Source of the DNA: the human T2T-CHM13v2.0 reference genome, Homo sapiens | NCBI GenBank assembly: GCA_009914755.4 | Contig: CP068257.2 | Span: 42,272,001-42,336,000 of the forward strand | Length of the DNA stretch: 64,000 nt | Reading direction: 5' to 3' | Shown here: positions 37,650 to 49,533 of the stretch, piece by piece | Position numbering within the stretch: position 1 is the first letter of the stretch | How the letters are laid out: each line of letters opens with the position of its first letter | The notes under the pieces: model-generated | Seen by the model: only the letters and a program-made list of their open reading frames with translations | Database searches by the model: none | What the model was told of the DNA's origin: nothing | Made by a program: the position numbers and the translations under genes

Positions 37650-39055
37650 AAATGTAGACGTCAACTTCACATTGTCTGGGGATGCATAATTTCCTAAAAA
37701 TCGCTCTCATGGGCTCACGAGCAAATGCTCTAGGGGGCCACTGAGTCCAGGCCCCTCCCAATGCTTTCCTGCTCTGCCAGCCCAAAGGACTTTGAAGCTG
37801 GAGGCGGGGACCGGTGTGGCCAAGCAGGGCACCTTCCTCACCGTCACCCTTCTGCAGGGAGGGAGGTGGCCTCTGCCTGCTGCCATTGGAGGTTTGTGCA
37901 GTCAGGTTTATCAAGGAGGTCCAGGCGGGCTGGGTGTGGGGAGGTGGAACAGGGTACCTGCGAGGTCTGTGAGTGAAACTACACTGCTGGCTGGACAGAG
38001 ACATGGCAATGACCCAGGGAAACCGTGTTGAGCGCTCTGGTGGGGGCAGGCGGGCGGGAGAGGCCCCTGAGTTCCGCTAGCTGGAATTAAGCAGGTGAAC
38101 AGCAGATGTTTCTTGGAATGGAGTCTGGTCCATAGTAAGTGATGAAGATGTGTTTTGACTCCGTATCTAGGACCTCCAGGACGTAGAGGTTGATGATCCG
38201 GGCAGGTGGCCTTCAGCGAGGGAGCACGTCAAAAGGCTGTGGGCCGTGCAGACAGCTGGGGGACACCGTCCCGGGTGTGACCTTGGGCCACACGGCAGGG
38301 TGGTGGACTTGCTCCTAGAATTGGGCTCCAGGGCTGAAGCCAGCCCCTCTGATCTGGCACTGGCCGGCTCCATTCACCCTTTTTGGGGCTTACTGCCGCA
38401 GAGACTTCCTTTGAGGAGAGCTGGACCCAAGACGCCAGAGTTCCGGGGGCACTGAGTGCTGTGTGGCACCCGGGCCAGGAGAAACATGTGCCAGAGGGCA
38501 GGCGTGGGCTCTCCGGGGAGTCTCTGCGTAGACTTTCTAGCCCAGAGGTTCAGGTGATGGACCAGAGACTGGCCGCTTTGTGACACCGAGGACGGTTGAT
38601 AAAGTGGATTCTCGAGGGGAAGCTGCATCCACACAGAGGCTGGGACGTGAATGTGCATCACGGCTCTATCTGTGGCCCCCAAAGGCTGGGTGCCAGCTGC
38701 CTGTCGGCAGGGAGCGTATCACCGTGGCACGTCCATGCCGTGGGGGTCACTCAGCAGCCACGGATGCGCCCTGGGTGCTGTCCCGGGGCCGTCTCAGAAG
38801 CACCGCGCTGGACCGGCTGGGCCAGATGCCATGGGATTCTGTGTTTGTGAACCTCTAGAAAAGGTAAATTAACCTATAGAGCTGGAAAGCTGACCTGCAT
38901 TGTCAGGCTGGGTGGGGAAGGACTTGGATGGAAATGTTCCCTGTTGCAGTGTGGTGGGGTCACAGGCGGCTTAGCTTGTCAACACCCATAACGCTATGCA
39001 CGGACACTCGGCAAACCCATCTTAATCGTGTGTTATTTATTCCTGGATGAAGTTC

Positions 39056-39221
<166 letters not shown>

Positions 39222-39245
39222 TGATTTTTAAAAATAAACGTCATG

Positions 39246-39537
39246 ACTGGGTGCGGTGGCTCACACCTGTAATCCCAGCGCTTTGGGAGGTCGAGTTGGG
39301 CGGATTACCTGAGGTCAGGAGATCGAGGCCAGCCTGGCCAACATGGCGAAACCCCATCTCTACTAAACATACAAAAATTTGCTGGACATGGTGGTGCATA
39401 CCTGTGGTCCCAGCTACTCGGGAGGCTGAGGCATGAGAATTGCTTGAACCCAGGAAGCTGCAGTGAGCCAAGATGGCACCACAGCACTCTAACCTGGGCA
39501 ACAGTGAGATAATCTGTCTCAAAAAAAAAAAAAAAAA
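39246..39537 (+). mobile_element. Alu SINE
   Basis: gactgggtgcggtggctcacacctgtaatcccagcgctttgggaggtcgagttgggcggattacctgaggtcaggagatcgaggccagcctggcc... with an A17 tail. Confidence 0.92.
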
Positions 39538-41082
39538 TCAGATTCCTGTACTTTGCGCCGTAGCAACGGAATCAGCAGGTCTGCTGTGGAGCCCGGGCAT
39601 CTGCTTCTCGGAGCATCACAGCTGATGTGCTGGCCCTCAAGCAGGCTTCTTGGGACCCTGGTTCTTCTGGGCCAGTGTGGAGTGATGTGTGCCCCTGGGT
39701 GAGGACCACCTGGTCTCCTGGGGCTCTGCTGTGTGCCAGGTGGGGGCCAGGTGATGGGCTGCAGGGCGGCCCCCACCCTGTACAACTCAGGATCTGGTCG
39801 AATATATCGTCTCTAGCTCAAGAAAGGCGTTCTGAAACAGCAAGCCTGGTCTGCCCAGCGTGTCTGAGGCTCTGCTCTAAGGGGCCCCTGCCCACCCTGG
39901 GGGGGCTGCAGTGTGTCTGGGCGAGCACTGACTTCTGAGCCTCGCTATCTGGACTGGCACTGGCTCTACTGCTGACTCCCTGTGTGGCCCCATATGATGC
40001 ACGAAGCCTCTCTGTGCTTCTGTTTGCTCACCTGTCAACTGGGGCAGTGATGGCATCCTGCTGGGGTCATCTGAGAGTCTGGAATGCGTGAGAGGTGTTC
40101 AACACAGACCGTGGAACAAGTTAAGCCCATAAAAAGTGTTTTTGTTGCCCCCTTGTCTTTTCTGTCCTTTCTGTCTAGGGTATTAATTTCCTGTTGCTGC
40201 TTTAATGAATCAGCCCACAGTGTGGGGGCATCAAACAGTACAACTCCTTAACCCCACAGTGTGTGGAGTCAGCAATTCAGGAGCGACTTAGCTGGGTGCT
40301 GTGGGGTTGCAGGTGAGCTGAGGCCAGGGCTGGGCTCATCTGAAGGTTTGACCAGGGCCAGAGGGCCTGCCTCCCAGGTGGCCCCCTCAGGAGTAGGAGG
40401 TCAGCCCCTTCCGCGCAGGAAGGACCTGCCGCTCACACATCCTTGTGATGTGGCCATCCTGGGAGCAGAGCCAGGCAGAAACTGTCCTTTTTGTGACCTA
40501 GCCTTGGCAATCACGTAGCACATTTCTGCAAGGCTGTTCATCAGATGCAATGACCAAGTCCAGGCCATAGTCAGAAAGGGAAGAAGACCCCTCCACCTTT
40601 CGAGGGGAGGAGCGAAAGTGTTTCAGGCCCATTCCTAAACCATGACCAGAGCTCTTGTCCCCACGGTTTCTGGGGAGCCAAGGGCCCAGTGTCTGGGAGA
40701 GGTGACTTTTAATGCCCCATAGGTTGAGAACGTCCAAGGGTGGTGGGAGTGACACTGGCATCTGTGGCCCCCGAGTGCCATTCAAGGCAGCGCCTGCAAA
40801 TCCCTGAGAGGCAGAGGGTGGGGGCCTGTATGGAGGGCGCTCTGTGGAGTCGGGACAGGGGGTTTCATGGGCGGGTGGGGTGGGCGCCCATGGAGAGCCT
40901 TGCTCTGGGTGCAAGAATGGCCACAGTGGGGGCAGCTGGCGGTGTGGAACAGGGGCCGCCCTGGGAATGTGGAAGGCCAGCTGGTGCCACTCCAGAGCCC
41001 ACCCCTTTGCCCCATGGGAGTGCACTCAGTGCCCTTCCAGAGGACCAAGTCAGGGGTTGGCAGCACCGCCAGCCTGACTGCC

Positions 41083-41465
41083 AGGGTTTCCCCTCCACAC
41101 GGGGGGTCTCGGGTTTCCCCTCCACACGGGGGGTCTCGGGTTTCCCCTCCACACGGGGGTCTCGGGTTTCCCCCTCCACACGGGGGTCTCGGGTTTCCCC
41201 CTCCACACGGGGTTTCCCCCTCCACGCGGGGGTCTCGGGTTTCCCCCTGCACACAGGGATCTCGGGTTTCCCCCTCCACACGGGGGTCTCGGGTTTCCCC
41301 CTCCACAGGGGGGTCTCGGGTTTCCCCCTCCACACGGGGGTCTCTGGTTTCCCCCTCCACACGGGGTTTCCCCTCCACACGGGGGTCTCGGGTTTCCCCC
41401 TGCACATGGGGGTCTCGGGTTTTCCCCTCCACACTGGGGTCTCGGGTTTCCCCCTCCACACGGGG
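41083..41465. repeat. 27-bp VNTR (GGGGGTCTCGGGTTTCCCCCTCCACAC)n, ~14 copies, high unit identity
   Basis: Head-to-tail copies with minor variants (GG/GGG/GGGG length, ctccacac/ctgcacac). Each unit holds a G5...C5 inverted pair 10 nt apart. It produces multi-frame spurious ORFs of 200-280 aa. Confidence 0.95.
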
Positions 41466-41859
41466 GTTGTAGGGCCGCTCAGTAGGAGTGCTGCCAAGAG
41501 TGGAGGGGGGCCACCGGCTTCCCTGCTGAAACTGTGAGACGTGCGTAGAAGGAAAGGGGGAGCCGGTGGAGCCCCTGGGGAGTCGCTCCTTTTGTGCAGG
41601 AAACCAGAACAGAAATCTTTCACGCTTCAAATACGCACACGAGTGTGGGAGTGAAAAGCATTGATTCCCACACTGAGGGGTTTGTGAGGCCTCCTGGCTC
41701 TGTTTGCAGAGATTGATTGTGCAGTTTGGATCTTTTAAATGAGATACTAAATCAAATAAAAATTATGATGCCTTCACCACAAGTTAATCACTATCAATAT
41801 TTGGGTGTATTTCTTCTAGTCTTTTCGTTTTTTCTTTCTGGTTTGCATGGGAGAGTGTG

Positions 41860-43190
41860 TGTGTGTGAGTGTGGCATGTTTATGTGTATAGTGCTTGTTG
41901 TGTGTGTGAGACTGTGGTGCATATGAGTGTGCATGGGGTGGGGGGATGTGTTGCAGTGTGTGGTGTGTGGTACAATTGTGTGTGTGTGGTGTAGAGTATG
42001 GGGCTGTGTGCAGCAGTGCGTGTGGGATGTGGTGTATGTGTTTTGCACTGTGGTGTGTGTGGTTTGTGCTACAGTGTGTGTGGTTTGTGGTATGGTGCTT
42101 GCAGTGTGGTATGCACCATATGTGTGAGCGTGTGTGTCGTTTTTGGTGTGTGGTGTAGGTGTGGTTTGTGGTGTGTGTGGTGCGTGTGGCGTGTGTGTGG
42201 TTTGTGGTGTGTGTGGCATATGTGTGGTTTGTAGTGTGTGTATGTGGCGTGTATGTGGTTTGTGGTGTGGTGTGGTATATGTAGCATGTGTATGGTTTGT
42301 GGTGTGTGGTGTGTATGTGGCATATGTGTGGTTTGTGATGTGTGGTGTGTGTGGCATGTGTGTGGTTTGCAGTGTGTAGTGTGTGTGGTTTGTGATGTGT
42401 GTGTGGCATATGTGTGGTTTGCAGTGTGTGTAGTGTGTGTGGTTTGTGATGTGTGGTGTGTGTGGCATGTGTGGTTTGCGGTGTGTGTGTGGTGTGTGGT
42501 GTGTATGGTGTGTGTGTGGGTGGTGGGGTGGTGTGTGTGTGGCATGTGTGTGGCTTGTGTGTGTGTGGCGTGTATGTGGTTTTGCGGTGTGTGTGGCATG
42601 TGTGTGGTTTGCGGTGTGTGTGTAGCATGTGTGTGGTTTGCAGTGTGGTGTGTGTGGCATGTGTGTGGTTTGTGGTATGGTATGCGTGGTGTGTGTGGTT
42701 TGTGGTGTGTGTGTGTCATGTGTGTGGTTTGCAGTGTGTGTGTGTGGCATGTGTTTGGTTTGCGGTATGTGTGTGGCGTGTGTGGTGTGTGTGGTTTGCA
42801 GTGTGTGTGGCGTGTGTGGTGTGTGATGTGTGGCATGTGGGGTTTGTGATGTGGTGTGTGTGTGGTGTGTGGTTTGCGGTGTGTGTGGCATGTGTGTGGC
42901 ATGTGTGGGGTTTGTGATGAGCTGTGGTGTGTGGCGTGTGTGTGGTTGTGTGTGTGTGGCGTGTGTGTGGTATGTGTGTGGCATGTGTGGTTTGTGGTGT
43001 GTGTGTGACGTGTGGTTTGCAGTGGTGTGTGTGTGGTTTGTGGTGTGTGGCGTGTGTGTGGTTTGCAGTGTGGTGTGTGTGGCATGTGTGTGGTTTGTAT
43101 GTGTGTGGCACGTGTGTGGGGTTTGCAGTGTGCTGTGCAGCATGTGTGTATAAGCGTGAGGCATGTGCGGGGTGTGCAGTGAGCAGTGCC
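41860..43190. repeat. GT-rich (TG/TGG) minisatellite/megasatellite ~1.3 kb, degenerate ~38-40-bp period (GGCATGTGTGTGGTTTGCAGTGTGTGTGT)
   Basis: Continuous tgtgtgg/gcatgtgtgtggtttgcagtgtg units. It ends about 65 bp upstream of the acceptor of the AGPAT3 start-codon exon. Source of the 516-aa H/T-rich minus-strand ORF artefact. Confidence 0.95.
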
Positions 43191-43244
43191 CCGGTGTTCC
43201 TGTGAGGGTGTGGGCGTGGCCACCCTGACGCTGTCCCTGTCCCT

Positions 43245-43306
43245 GTCTTTGCAGGACGGCTGTCCTCAGCGAGGGGCCGTGCACCCGCTCCTGAGCAGCG
43301 CCATGG
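43245..43306 (+). promoter_or_regulatory. AGPAT3: 3' splice site (ccctgtccctgtccctgtctttgcag|GAC) and strong Kozak start context (GCGCCATGG) of AGPAT3 initiation codon at 43303
   Basis: The polypyrimidine tract is a triplicated CCCTGT. The ATG has G at -3 and G at +4. The exon is open in frame from its first base (no in-frame stop upstream within the exon). Confidence 0.8.
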
Positions 43307-43480
43307 GCCTGCTGGCCTTCCTGAAGACCCAGTTCGTGCTGCACCTGCTGGTCGGCTTTGTCTTCGTGGTGAGTGGTCTGGTCATCAACTTCGTCCAGCT
43401 GTGCACGCTGGCGCTCTGGCCGGTCAGCAAGCAGCTCTACCGCCGCCTCAACTGCCGCCTCGCCTACTCACTCTGGAGCC
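43303..43480 (+). CDS. AGPAT3: AGPAT3 coding exon 1 (exon 43255-43480; CDS from ATG 43303): MGLLAFLKTQFVLHLLVGFVFVVSGLVINFVQLCTLALWPVSKQLYRRLNCRLAYSLWS; ends phase 1, donor agcc|gtgagtg
   Basis: Exact match to the known AGPAT3/LPAAT-gamma N-terminus. Canonical AG acceptor at 43253-54 and GT donor at 43481. Confidence 0.95.
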
Positions 43481-44368
43481 GTGAGTGTCTGCTGGGCCAG
43501 TCCCTGCCGCCTGGGGCTCCCGTGGGGGTGGCGCGCGACCATGCACGGGGCAGCCGTGGGCTCTCAGGCAGGAAGTGAGGGCTATGCAGGAGGTGCCGAG
43601 GCCATCTGGCTGGCAGGCTGTCGGAAGGCACCTGGCTACCTCTTTTTCTTAGCTTGAGCTGTGTGACGTGCCACTCTCACCATTCTGACCCATAGCAATG
43701 GCAGCTTCCCACGGTTTACCAGAGCATATGGGAATGTTTAAACAAAAGTAAAGAGAATGTTGAGTTCTGTTTACCCGTTACCAAGCTCCAACAGCTCCCT
43801 ACATGGCCCCTCGTGTGTCCTGCCCACACTGCGCCAACACCAGAGCATGCTGACGCGTATTTCAGCATGCATCCCTGAAAGAAAAGGTGTCCTGCCTCCC
43901 TGCGTATCAAACACATGTGTAGCTGTGTGTCTGTCCGTATGTGCCTCTGTGCGTATGTGTATTATACATAGAGAAACCGATCTGTACCTGTCATGTGGAC
44001 AGAGACTCAGAGGCTTGGTAACAACACCCACTGTGGACAGGTAACCGCTCACACCGGGCGTCGTGGGGACATGAACAGGCGCATCTCTGGAGGGTGGTTT
44101 GGCAGTGGCCGTCAACAGTTTAAGTGGTTGCAATTTTCAACTCAGCAATTCCACAGAATAACATGCAACCTACAGAGATGTGCAAAAGTATGCAACTGGA
44201 CAGGTGTTCTCATTTTATCACAGGTATTCTCATTATTGTATTATTTTTATAGTAGCACAAAACTAGAAGCAACCCAAGCACCTGTCACTGGAGACTAATT
44301 ATGCGGCACCCATACAGGGACCCTCTGCGGCCATCATGGAGAGCCTTCATCTTGCCCGTACAGTTTTA

Positions 44369-44855
<487 letters not shown>

Positions 44856-44884
44856 TTACGTTTTATTTCACACTCTCATGCTGT

Positions 44885-45430
44885 TTCCATGTTTTTGCAT
44901 GAGCGCATAGACACTTCGTCTCATATGGGAAACGGTGAGCGCATAGACACTTTGTCTCGTGGGAAACGGTAAGCGCGTAGACACTTTGTCTCACGTGAGA
45001 AATGGTGAACCCACATACACTTTGTCTCATATGGGAAACGGTGAGCGCATAGACACTTTGTCTCATGTGGGAAAGGGTGAGCACGTAGACACTTTGTCTC
45101 ATATGGAAAACAGTGAACGCGTAGACACTTTGTCTCGTGGGAAACGGTGAGCGCGTATACACTTTGTCTCATATGGAAAACAGTGAGCGCGTAGACACTT
45201 TGTCTCGTGGGAAATGGTGAACCCACATACACTTTGTCTCATATGGGAAACGGTGAGCGCGTATACACTTTGTCTCATGTGGGAAATGGTGAGCGCATAG
45301 ATACTTTGTCTCATGTGGGAAATGGTGAACCCACATACACTTTGTCTCATATGGAAAACGGTGAGCGCGTATACACTTTGTCTCATGTAGGAAATGGTGA
45401 GCGCATAGACACTTTGTCTCATATGGGAAA
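44885..45430. repeat. 36-38-bp VNTR (GTGAGCGCATAGACACTTTGTCTCATATGGGAAACG)n, ~15 copies
   Basis: Regular head-to-tail units with variants (gcgcatagacac/gaacccacatacac; catatggg/cgtggg/catgtggg). Source of overlapping spurious ORFs on both strands (44863-45515). Confidence 0.95.
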
Positions 45431-45444
45431 TGGCTGGCCTGTAA

Positions 45445-45922
<478 letters not shown>

Positions 45923-46539
45923 AGTTTGTTTCCTTTTTTAAATGAAAGGCTGCTGCTTTTTTCTGTGGGAAGGGAGAATTGGAAATCCTATAATATAAAA
46001 TATACAAATGAGTTATTCATGAGTATAACTGGATAAGATGAATACATACAAAAAGGGCAAATATTAACTGATGAAAACTAAATTACAGACTCCTACTTTC
46101 TAGCAGTATTCTGAAGCTAAAATACTACAAAACAGCTAAATCCTGCCTGAAACTGGCTTTTTAATGCATTTCTGGGCTCACAGTAAGGAAACAAAAACCT
46201 CTCAGCTCCACCCTTCCACCAAATCCCTTTAGCAAAAACCGGGGTGTGCAGAAATGGAATGTCAGCACTGCCTTTCAGGAGCCTAACCCTTGGGCAGCTG
46301 TAGCAGAGGGCGCTGAAGCTAAACCAGGACTCTTGAGCGAGGGCGCGAGACAAGCTAGGGTTAACAGTGACCCTTGGGTTTCAGCAGAGGCAAACGAAAG
46401 TACACTCTGGAGAAAGTCTCATTCAGGCCTGAAGAATCCCACAGATTAAGGAAAATTAAATATGAATTCATAATCAAGAATGACAACGTAAACAGCAGAT
46501 GTGGACTGAAGATGACCCACTGTGCCCCGACTTGAAAGA

Positions 46540-46752
46540 GAACCAAGTAGAACTGCTCTCAGTGAGAACTGTAGATATTTTAAAGCAAAAACTTACAGAC
46601 AGGTTTTGTATCAGATTAGATACAGTTAATGAGAATGGGTACAGAACCAAGTAGAACTGCTCTCAGTGAAAACTGTAGATATTTTAAAGCAAAACCGTAT
46701 GGATGGATTTTGTATCAGATTAGACACAGTTAATGAGAGAATGGGTACACCA
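46540..46752. repeat. Local tandem duplication ~105 bp x2
   Basis: gaaccaagtagaactgctctcagtga[g/a]aactgtagatattttaaagcaaaa[ac/cc]...tgtatcagattaga[t/c]acagttaatgaga(ga)atgggtaca is repeated head-to-tail. Confidence 0.85.
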
Positions 46753-47047
46753 GACATCAATGTGAAGAAATCATCCAGTGACAGTAAAGGAGGTGAAAAA
46801 TGTGAAATAGGCGTGAAAAGATGTAAGGACAGAATGAGAACCTTCATAAAATAGGGCTTTGGCCCCCATCCCCAAAGGAGAGAACAGGAGAAGCCTCCTG
46901 GGAAGAGAGGATGCCTGAGGACCTCCTGAACTGATGAAGGCACGATTTTTCAGATACAGGAAGCACATGTAGACCAAGCAGAGCGAATGCACAGAAATCC
47001 ACACCTAGGCAGGCCCTGGGGCATCACAGACCATCAGAGACAAGGAG

Positions 47048-47513
<466 letters not shown>

Positions 47514-47724
47514 TCAAGAGTACAAATAAAATAAAAAGGTTTTGGTAAACAAAAAAATGAGAGCTTTTACTGCCCATAGATCTTCACTTCAATATTTTTT
47601 AAGGATGTGTTTCAGTAAGAACAAAAATTATAAAAGTAGGGTATAATTTTCAAGAAAGAATGGTAGCCAAAGAAATTAGGAGATGGATGAATCTAAACCG
47701 TATGTAAAATAAAAACAGTGCTCA

Positions 47725-47965
47725 GCCGGGCGCAGTGGGTCACGCCTGTAATCCCAGCACTTTGGGAGGCCAAGGTGGGCGGATCACCTGAGGTCAGGAG
47801 TTCAAGACCAGCCTGGTCAACATGGTGAAACCCCATCTCTACTAAAAATACAAAAATTAGCCTGGCATGGTGGTGGGCACCTGTGATCCCAGCTCCTCAG
47901 GAGGCAGAGGCAGGAGAATCGCTTGACCCTGGGAGGTGGAGGTTGCAGTGAGGTGAGACTGCACC
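47725..47965 (+). mobile_element. Alu SINE, 3'-truncated, abutting an inverted partial Alu
   Basis: gccgggcgcagtgggtcacgcctgtaatcccagcactttgggaggccaaggtgggcggatcacctgaggtcaggagttcaagaccagcctggtc... ends at gcaccacg. Confidence 0.9.
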
Positions 47966-48110
47966 ACGCTCAGCTAATTTTTTGTTTTGTATTTTTATTA
48001 GAGATGGGGTTTCACCATGTTGCCCAGACTGGTCTCAAACTCCTGACCTCAGGTGATCCGCCCACCTCGGCCTCCCAAAGTGCTGGGATTACAGGCGGGA
48101 GCGCCCAGCC
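47966..48110 (-). mobile_element. Partial Alu (antisense right arm)
   Basis: ctcagctaattttttgttttgtatttttattagagatggggtttcaccatgttgcccagactggtctcaaactcctgacctcaggtgatccgcccacctcggcctcccaaagtgctgggattacaggcgggagcgcccagcc. Confidence 0.88.
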
Positions 48111-48555
48111 CAGGTTCAGATTTTAATGGTAACTTTGTTAAGTATAGGGTAGGAAAAAAGAGAGATCAAACATAGCTTCCAAAGTATTAGAAAAAGATAA
48201 AGAAAAAAAGGTAAATCTCTTTTGTTAATGCAAGAAAGTAGAAAGAAAAGCATTAAAATAAGAAATATTGAGGTATACATTAAGATCAATATAAAATTCC
48301 CAGATACTTGGGATGACCACAAATACACAAGAAAAGCACTTCAGTAAGAACAGAAATAATCGGCCTCTCCATCTGCTGGGCTTGCGTGGGTATGTGAATT
48401 CCGTCTGTGACTTGTTGGATTTGGGATGTTCTCCACTTAGATTTATTTCCATGAATATGTTTGTGGGAGCCTTTCTGCAGTCAGAGGTATGTGGAAGCCT
48501 TTGCCAGTTCAGGGGCGCATGGTGAGAGCAGACCTCACAGTGGGTTTGTTTATGT

Positions 48556-48848
48556 TTGTTTGTTTTTGAGACAGGGTCTTGCTCTGTCGCCCAGGCTGGA
48601 GTGCAGTGGTGTGATCTTGGCTCACTGCAATCTCTGCCTCCTGGGCTCAAGCAGTCCTCCTACCTCAGCCTCCTTGAGTAGCTGAGACCACAGGTGTGCA
48701 CCATCATGCCCAGCTAATTTTTGTATTTTTTGTAGAGACAGGGTTTTGCCATGTTGCCCAGACTGGTCTCCAACTCCTAGGCTCATGTGATCCTCCTGCC
48801 TCAGCCTGCTGGGCTGCTGGGATTACAGGCTGAGCCACCGCACCAGCC
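48556..48848 (-). mobile_element. Alu SINE (antisense)
   Basis: gtttttgagacagggtcttgctctgtcgcccaggctggagtgcagtggtgtgatcttggctcactgcaatctctgcctcctgggctcaagcagtcctcc... Confidence 0.9.
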
Positions 48849-49225
48849 ACAGTGTTTTCTGATGACCCTGAACCACGGTTTTATTTTCAATTCTTCATTC
48901 CTGTTCTCATTCCTTAATGCTGGGTGCCTTCTTGCTGCCCATTTTGAACTCACTGCCAGTGTGTCTCTGCTGTCATCTGATGTGCAGAGCTATAGGTGCT
49001 GCGGCGAAGGGTGCAGGTTTGGAGCCGTTTAAACAACCTGGCCCAGCCTCCTCACTCCCTGCTGACCTTGGTCAAGGCTTCAGTCTCTAAACCTCAGCTT
49101 TCTCATCTGCAGAGCACAGACAAAACCACCTGCCTTTGAGCTGTCTTATAAAGCCTAAATCAATGCGCACAGCAGGTACACAGCAATGCTTGATAAATTG
49201 TTACTATTATTGGGTGAATTTTAGG

Positions 49226-49533
49226 TTTTTTTTGTTGTTGTTGTTGTTTTGAGACAGAGTCTCTCTGTTGTCCTGGCTGGAGCACAGCAGTGCGATCTTG
49301 GCTCACTGCAACCTCCATCTTCTGAGGTTCAAGTGATTCTCGTGCCCCAGCCTCCCAAGTAGCTGGGATTACAGGTGCCTGCCACCACATCCAGCTAATT
49401 TTTTTTATTTTTAAGTAGAGATGGGCTTTTGCCATGCTTCCCCAGCTGGTCTTGAACTCCTGGCCTCAAGTGATCCTCCTGTCTCGGCCTCCCAAAGTGC
49501 TGGGATTACAGGCTTGAGCCACCGCACCCGTCC
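49226..49533 (-). mobile_element. Alu SINE (antisense) with (TTG)n-modified tail and TSD gaattttag
   Basis: ttttttttgttgttgttgttgttttgagacagagtctctctgttgtcctggctggagcacagcagtgcgatcttggctcactgcaacctccatcttctgaggttcaagtgattctc... Confidence 0.9.

Noticed and set aside
40740-41630. Four overlapping ORFs of 201-282 aa on both strands (RVSPSTRGS..., ETRDPRVEG..., PETPVWRGK...)
   Set aside because: They are produced by the 27-bp VNTR at 41083-41465. The periodic 9-aa peptide repeats mirror the 27-bp unit. There is no gene.
41794-43344. 516-aa minus-strand ORF (His/Thr/Pro/Ala-rich, HTHTHT...) and many overlapping Cys/Val/Gly-rich plus-strand ORFs
   Set aside because: These are pure translations of the GT/AC-rich minisatellite. 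They have no start context, no domain-like composition, multiple frames are open simultaneously, and they overlap a tandem repeat, all hallmarks of low-complexity artefacts.
47966-48110. Apparent palindrome formed by head-to-head Alu (47725-47965 plus strand, 47966-48110 minus strand)
   Set aside because: It is explained by two adjacent or partly recombined Alu fragments in opposite orientation, a common Alu-Alu rearrangement product, rather than a novel structured element.
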